This document shows, piece after piece, positions 60,529 through 64,000 of a stretch of 64,000 nucleotides of DNA. Position numbers and translations under genes: made by a program. The DNA is from an uncultured Desulfosarcina sp. GTDB taxonomy: Bacteria > Desulfobacterota > Desulfobacteria > Desulfobacterales > Desulfosarcinaceae. The stretch covers positions 2,464,001-2,528,000 of the forward strand of contig CAXXWQ010000003.1 in assembly GCA_963674945.2 (NCBI GenBank), read 5' to 3'. A model generated the notes under the pieces. It ran no database searches. It was not told where the DNA came from and saw nothing but the letters and a program-made list of their open reading frames with translations. How positions within the stretch are numbered: the first letter of the stretch is position 1; every line of letters begins with the position of its first letter.

Positions 60529-61491
60529 ATGGCCCAACCCCTTTCCAGTCAACTGCTTCGACGGTCCTTCGTTAAGACCGTCCTTCGTCGTATCATTGCA
60601 TTCCTTACGTTGGTGGGGCTCGCATATGGTTTGATCGCCATCATCTACGCCACAAAAACCATCTTCAAGGTCAAAATGAATTACGCCGTGGTGCTGGAAG
60701 GGTTCGGCGGCGTCAGACAAGCGGTGACCGAAGTGGGCTGGCATGCCCGCCTTCCCTATTTCACACGGATCGAACAGGAAGTGCCGTTGATGAATCAGAC
60801 CATGCAACTGGGTGGCACACCTGCCCCCATGCGCATCATCTCAAGGGGAAACGTGGCACTGTGGACATCAGGAGTGCTGACATACCGAATCCGTGACCTT
60901 CACACCTGGGCCATCGAAAATCTGAACCCGCTGGATTTACTGCAAGGCGACTACGACGGAATCGTCAAGGACAACCTGCAGGCCCAGGAAGTAGACCGAT
61001 TGATCAGCGACCGGGAGACTATCAAGGAGGCGATCTTCACCGCCTTAAAGTCAAGACCCATCAACATCGGAGGTCCCACCATAGAAGAAAAATACGGAGT
61101 GGAAGTGGTCAGTTTCGTTCTCAAGGAGACTCGGTTCGGAGATAAACTCGTAGAGGCGTCGGAAGAGAAAAAGCGTCGGGAATTGATTGCCGAAGCCGAA
61201 AACTATGCCGCCGACCAGGAGGCAAGCCGGATACGAAAGCTCTATTCCGCCTATCTCGACGGCATTCAAAATCTGCAAGAGGCCTTGGGACGAAAGGATG
61301 CGAGCACCGATACCGCGCTTCTTCAATTTTTGACACAACAAAAATGGGCTACGGCCTACGAGAAGCAACAATTGGGGCAAAACACAGTGGTCATTCAAAA
61401 TACACAGGGCACCGCACCGCCGATCGTCCTTCCCGCTTTCAGTACCACCGAGAAATTGGAGGGAGAAAAAGATGGCCAGACGGCTGACTAA
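60529..61491 (+). CDS. SPFH/band-7 (stomatin/prohibitin/HflC-like) membrane protein
   Basis: ATG 60529 behind AAGGAG; N-terminal TM, YAVVLEGFG...GWHARLPY, LISDRETIKEAI, KYGVEVVSFVLKE, AEAE coiled coil. Confidence 0.8.
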   Translation: MAQPLSSQLLRRSFVKTVLRRIIAFLTLVGLAYGLIAIIYATKTIFKVKMNYAVVLEGFGGVRQAVTEVGWHARLPYFTRIEQEVPLMNQTMQLGGTPAPMRIISRGNVALWTSGVLTYRIRDLHTWAIENLNPLDLLQGDYDGIVKDNLQAQEVDRLISDRETIKEAIFTALKSRPINIGGPTIEEKYGVEVVSFVLKETRFGDKLVEASEEKKRRELIAEAENYAADQEASRIRKLYSAYLDGIQNLQEALGRKDASTDTALLQFLTQQKWATAYEKQQLGQNTVVIQNTQGTAPPIVLPAFSTTEKLEGEKDGQTAD

Positions 61492-64000
61492 AGAGATCAC
61501 CTACGTCCAATTGCCGGAGGGCCGGATCCGGGAGATCAACGAATTGGTGTCCGCGTGGCCCCAGGAAACCAAAGCCTTCATGCGCGCCAGGCTCAATCAG
61601 TACCGTCCTCCAAGGGGTCTTTTCAACAGCGCTTTGGAAACGATCCTTTCTTTTTTCATGGATGCGCCGGAAAAACATTTCAACGTGTTAAAGGATCCCG
61701 ATATTCTGACGGACTGGCAAAAACGATTTGAAATTTCCGGACATACCAACCCGCAGGAGGCATGGAATAAAATCCTGGAGAAAGAGGTGTCTGCAAAAGA
61801 CTACCGCTATCTGCTCTACTTACTGGACAAGGAACTGCAGGACGTTCACGTTCCCGTCGAACTGAAAGATCTGTTCGAAAAAGTATATCGCGCCCACTTG
61901 CGAAAGGAGTACATCTCCGATTCGAATGTCCCCAAGTCTTCCCTTTTGCTTTTCATCGGACCGTCCGGCAGTGGAAAGACCTCCACCGTCACCCATGCCA
62001 TCGATCGTATCATTTTCGGAAACGAGGTGTTACCGGAAGTCGACCTGCACCAGAAGAAGGAAGCGGCGCTGGCCGGCGAGCATTTCTGGAAGACCATCGA
62101 AGAGATCGACCCGACACTGGCCGTGGAGATTTCCCAAAGAAAAAAACTGAATTTCTACAAGCGCATATCTACGATTCCCGTGCTACGCTTACTTCTGAAG
62201 AAGAGAATCGGAAAGAACCTGTCAAAACTCCAGGAACAGGGCGTCTGGGTGGATTATGCCATGGTCACCCCCAACGATTTTCAGACCGCGCTGGCGGGGG
62301 AACCCGGCAATTACTTCAAAAAGGCCCTGGGTGACCCCAGAAAGATGGCCATCCGGCATGTGGAAGAGGCCCACAGTGCCTTCGGAAGGGCCACAGGGCG
62401 TGATTCCGGGGTAGCACGACAACAAAGAACCCTGGTGGATACATCGAATATCGTCCTGGATGAGATCATCAACGGTAGTCGAGACTGCCTTCTCATCGCC
62501 ACAACGGATCAACCCGAGAGATTTGATTCCGCCATCTACCGCCGTTTCGTGGAAAAGGGACGTATCATCAATATTTCCGATTATTGGACGAATCCTGAGA
62601 ATCTACAGGAAGTGGTTCGACTGGAATTGATGCGAAACGATATTTCGGTCCTTTCCGAGGAAGACCATCCTTCTGCCGCCAGATCAAAATCAATCACGCG
62701 TCAGGACCTTTCCACGACGGTGGACAAGCTCTATTCCATTTTCAAGGAACGAACCTTGAAAGTGATCCCCTCTTATGTACGAAAACTGATCCACTCCATC
62801 ATTCAGATCAAAGGTGATTTTTCCGTCTCCTATCTCAACGATGCCATGCTGGTTCGCAAGGCCTTCGAGTTGGTGGCGCAAAACTCCTATGGCGATCTTT
62901 ATAAGAAGGTCGTCGGCCGCATGGACCGAGATGTCAAGTGGGAGGCCTATGTGGGAAGTATTAAGGATATCTTCTCGGAGATGACCAACAACTGTCTCTT
63001 TTACAATGTCAGCGAAGAAAAGGGCGTTGTGCTCAATGGACCACCGGGAAGCGGCAAGACGTTTTTGGCACGAACCTGGCTCAGTGAAAACACGGATGTC
63101 CACGATATCGCCACCAGTGCAAGCGCCCTGCAGGATCCGTCAAACCCCGTGGATGGTGCCGTGGACAACCTGGAAAAAATTTATGACATCGCCAAGATGA
63201 TTGCACCGACGGTGGTCTTTTTCGACGAGGGGGATGCCCTTGCCCCAAAACGAAGTGGCACCGGTGGAAATCCATCGGACAAACTGACCAACAAATTCTT
63301 AAACCTGATCGATGGCGAGACCCCCCTTCACAAGGTGTTTACCGTTCTCACCACCAATCGACTGGATATCCTCGACCCTGCCCTTATCCGCTCCAAGCGA
63401 CTTAAGGTTCTGGAGATCAAGGGGCTATTACAAAAAGACGACATCCTTCAGATTGTGGACAATGCACTGGAAGGTGTTCCCTTGTCGGCGGATCTTACTA
63501 CGGGTAAGATCGTCGATGCGGCAAAAGGCGTATGCAACACCCCTGCTGATTATGCCGCCTTCGTGGAAAAGGCACGGTCTTTGCGCAATACGGAGTACGA
63601 GGTGATCCTGCGCCTTCGGCAGATTCGCAATGACTCCGAAGAAAGTCGTAAGAATTTCATCAAGTTTAATTTCAAGACCCTGATCGGTATTTTGGATGCC
63701 TTTGATAAGGACAATCAGCTGAAGAAAACCGTCAAGGGGAATGCGGATCGTTTTTTGGAGCAGTACGAAGAGATCCTGAAATTGCTGGAACCGGTCCAAG
63801 ATCCAAATGACTATCCCATGGTATCCAGCCATCTCAAATCGGCCCGTCAGGAAATCTCGGAAAGTCCCACCAAGAAGGGAAAGGTGGTCCTGGACGAATT
63901 TTTAGAGGCGGAGTTGAGCCAGGAGCCCCAGGTTGGCTTTATCATCGGCGTGGGCGCGAACGAGGTAACCGGCGTTCTTTTGCCTATCGCCACGAGCCTT
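61472..64000 (+). CDS. Large tandem-AAA ATPase (Cdc48/p97-like D1+D2), possibly followed by a Lon-type protease domain; 3' end off window
   Basis: Not in the ORF track. Manual translation open for 843 codons from ATG 61472 (MARRLTKEITY...). Walker A GPSGSGKT (61958-61981) and GPPGSGKT (63038-63061); Walker B IRHVEE and VFFDE; SRH ATTDQPERFDSAIYRRF and TTNRLDILDPALIRSKR. Confidence 0.88.
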   Translation, partial: MARRLTKEITYVQLPEGRIREINELVSAWPQETKAFMRARLNQYRPPRGLFNSALETILSFFMDAPEKHFNVLKDPDILTDWQKRFEISGHTNPQEAWNKILEKEVSAKDYRYLLYLLDKELQDVHVPVELKDLFEKVYRAHLRKEYISDSNVPKSSLLLFIGPSGSGKTSTVTHAIDRIIFGNEVLPEVDLHQKKEAALAGEHFWKTIEEIDPTLAVEISQRKKLNFYKRISTIPVLRLLLKKRIGKNLSKLQEQGVWVDYAMVTPNDFQTALAGEPGNYFKKALGDPRKMAIRHVEEAHSAFGRATGRDSGVARQQRTLVDTSNIVLDEIINGSRDCLLIATTDQPERFDSAIYRRFVEKGRIINISDYWTNPENLQEVVRLELMRNDISVLSEEDHPSAARSKSITRQDLSTTVDKLYSIFKERTLKVIPSYVRKLIHSIIQIKGDFSVSYLNDAMLVRKAFELVAQNSYGDLYKKVVGRMDRDVKWEAYVGSIKDIFSEMTNNCLFYNVSEEKGVVLNGPPGSGKTFLARTWLSENTDVHDIATSASALQDPSNPVDGAVDNLEKIYDIAKMIAPTVVFFDEGDALAPKRSGTGGNPSDKLTNKFLNLIDGETPLHKVFTVLTTNRLDILDPALIRSKRLKVLEIKGLLQKDDILQIVDNALEGVPLSADLTTGKIVDAAKGVCNTPADYAAFVEKARSLRNTEYEVILRLRQIRNDSEESRKNFIKFNFKTLIGILDAFDKDNQLKKTVKGNADRFLEQYEEILKLLEPVQDPNDYPMVSSHLKSARQEISESPTKKGKVVLDEFLEAELSQEPQVGFIIGVGANEVTGVLLPIATSL

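Noticed and set aside
1..64000. tRNA, rRNA, tmRNA and known riboswitches
   Set aside because: No cloverleaf/T-loop or conserved aptamer motif recognised by eye in the intergenic regions; a tRNAscan/Infernal run would be needed to exclude them

Overview
Gene-dense, mostly housekeeping chromosomal window. Gene content and order (M24 peptidase-xerD, pfa-like PKS, large hybrid kinases, PflX, cereblon-like protein) suggest an anaerobic deltaproteobacterium, probably Desulfobacterales-like; this is an inference. I saw no rRNA, tRNA, CRISPR array, transposase or prophage. Highlights: (1) the right end holds two SPFH/band-7 genes, a zinc-ribbon gene and a >843-codon ORF missing from the ORF track (61472 to window end). 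That ORF has two classic AAA domains and then what looks like the start of a Lon-type protease domain, so the cluster is a candidate membrane-scaffolded, Cdc48-like/Lon-like proteolysis system. (2) A reduced pfaD + pfaA iterative fatty-acid/polyketide synthase locus with three near-identical ACP repeats; an FAH-family gene is coupled to pfaA where pfaB/pfaC would normally be. (3) A membrane protein with a histone-H1-like N-terminus and 25 KAAAE repeats. (4) A bacterial cereblon (thalidomide-binding) domain protein. (5) A probable ATT start codon, an orphan DNA methyltransferase, REP/MITE-like palindromes, sigma54/sigma70 promoters and structured leaders. All family calls come from recognising motifs by eye, not from database searches.
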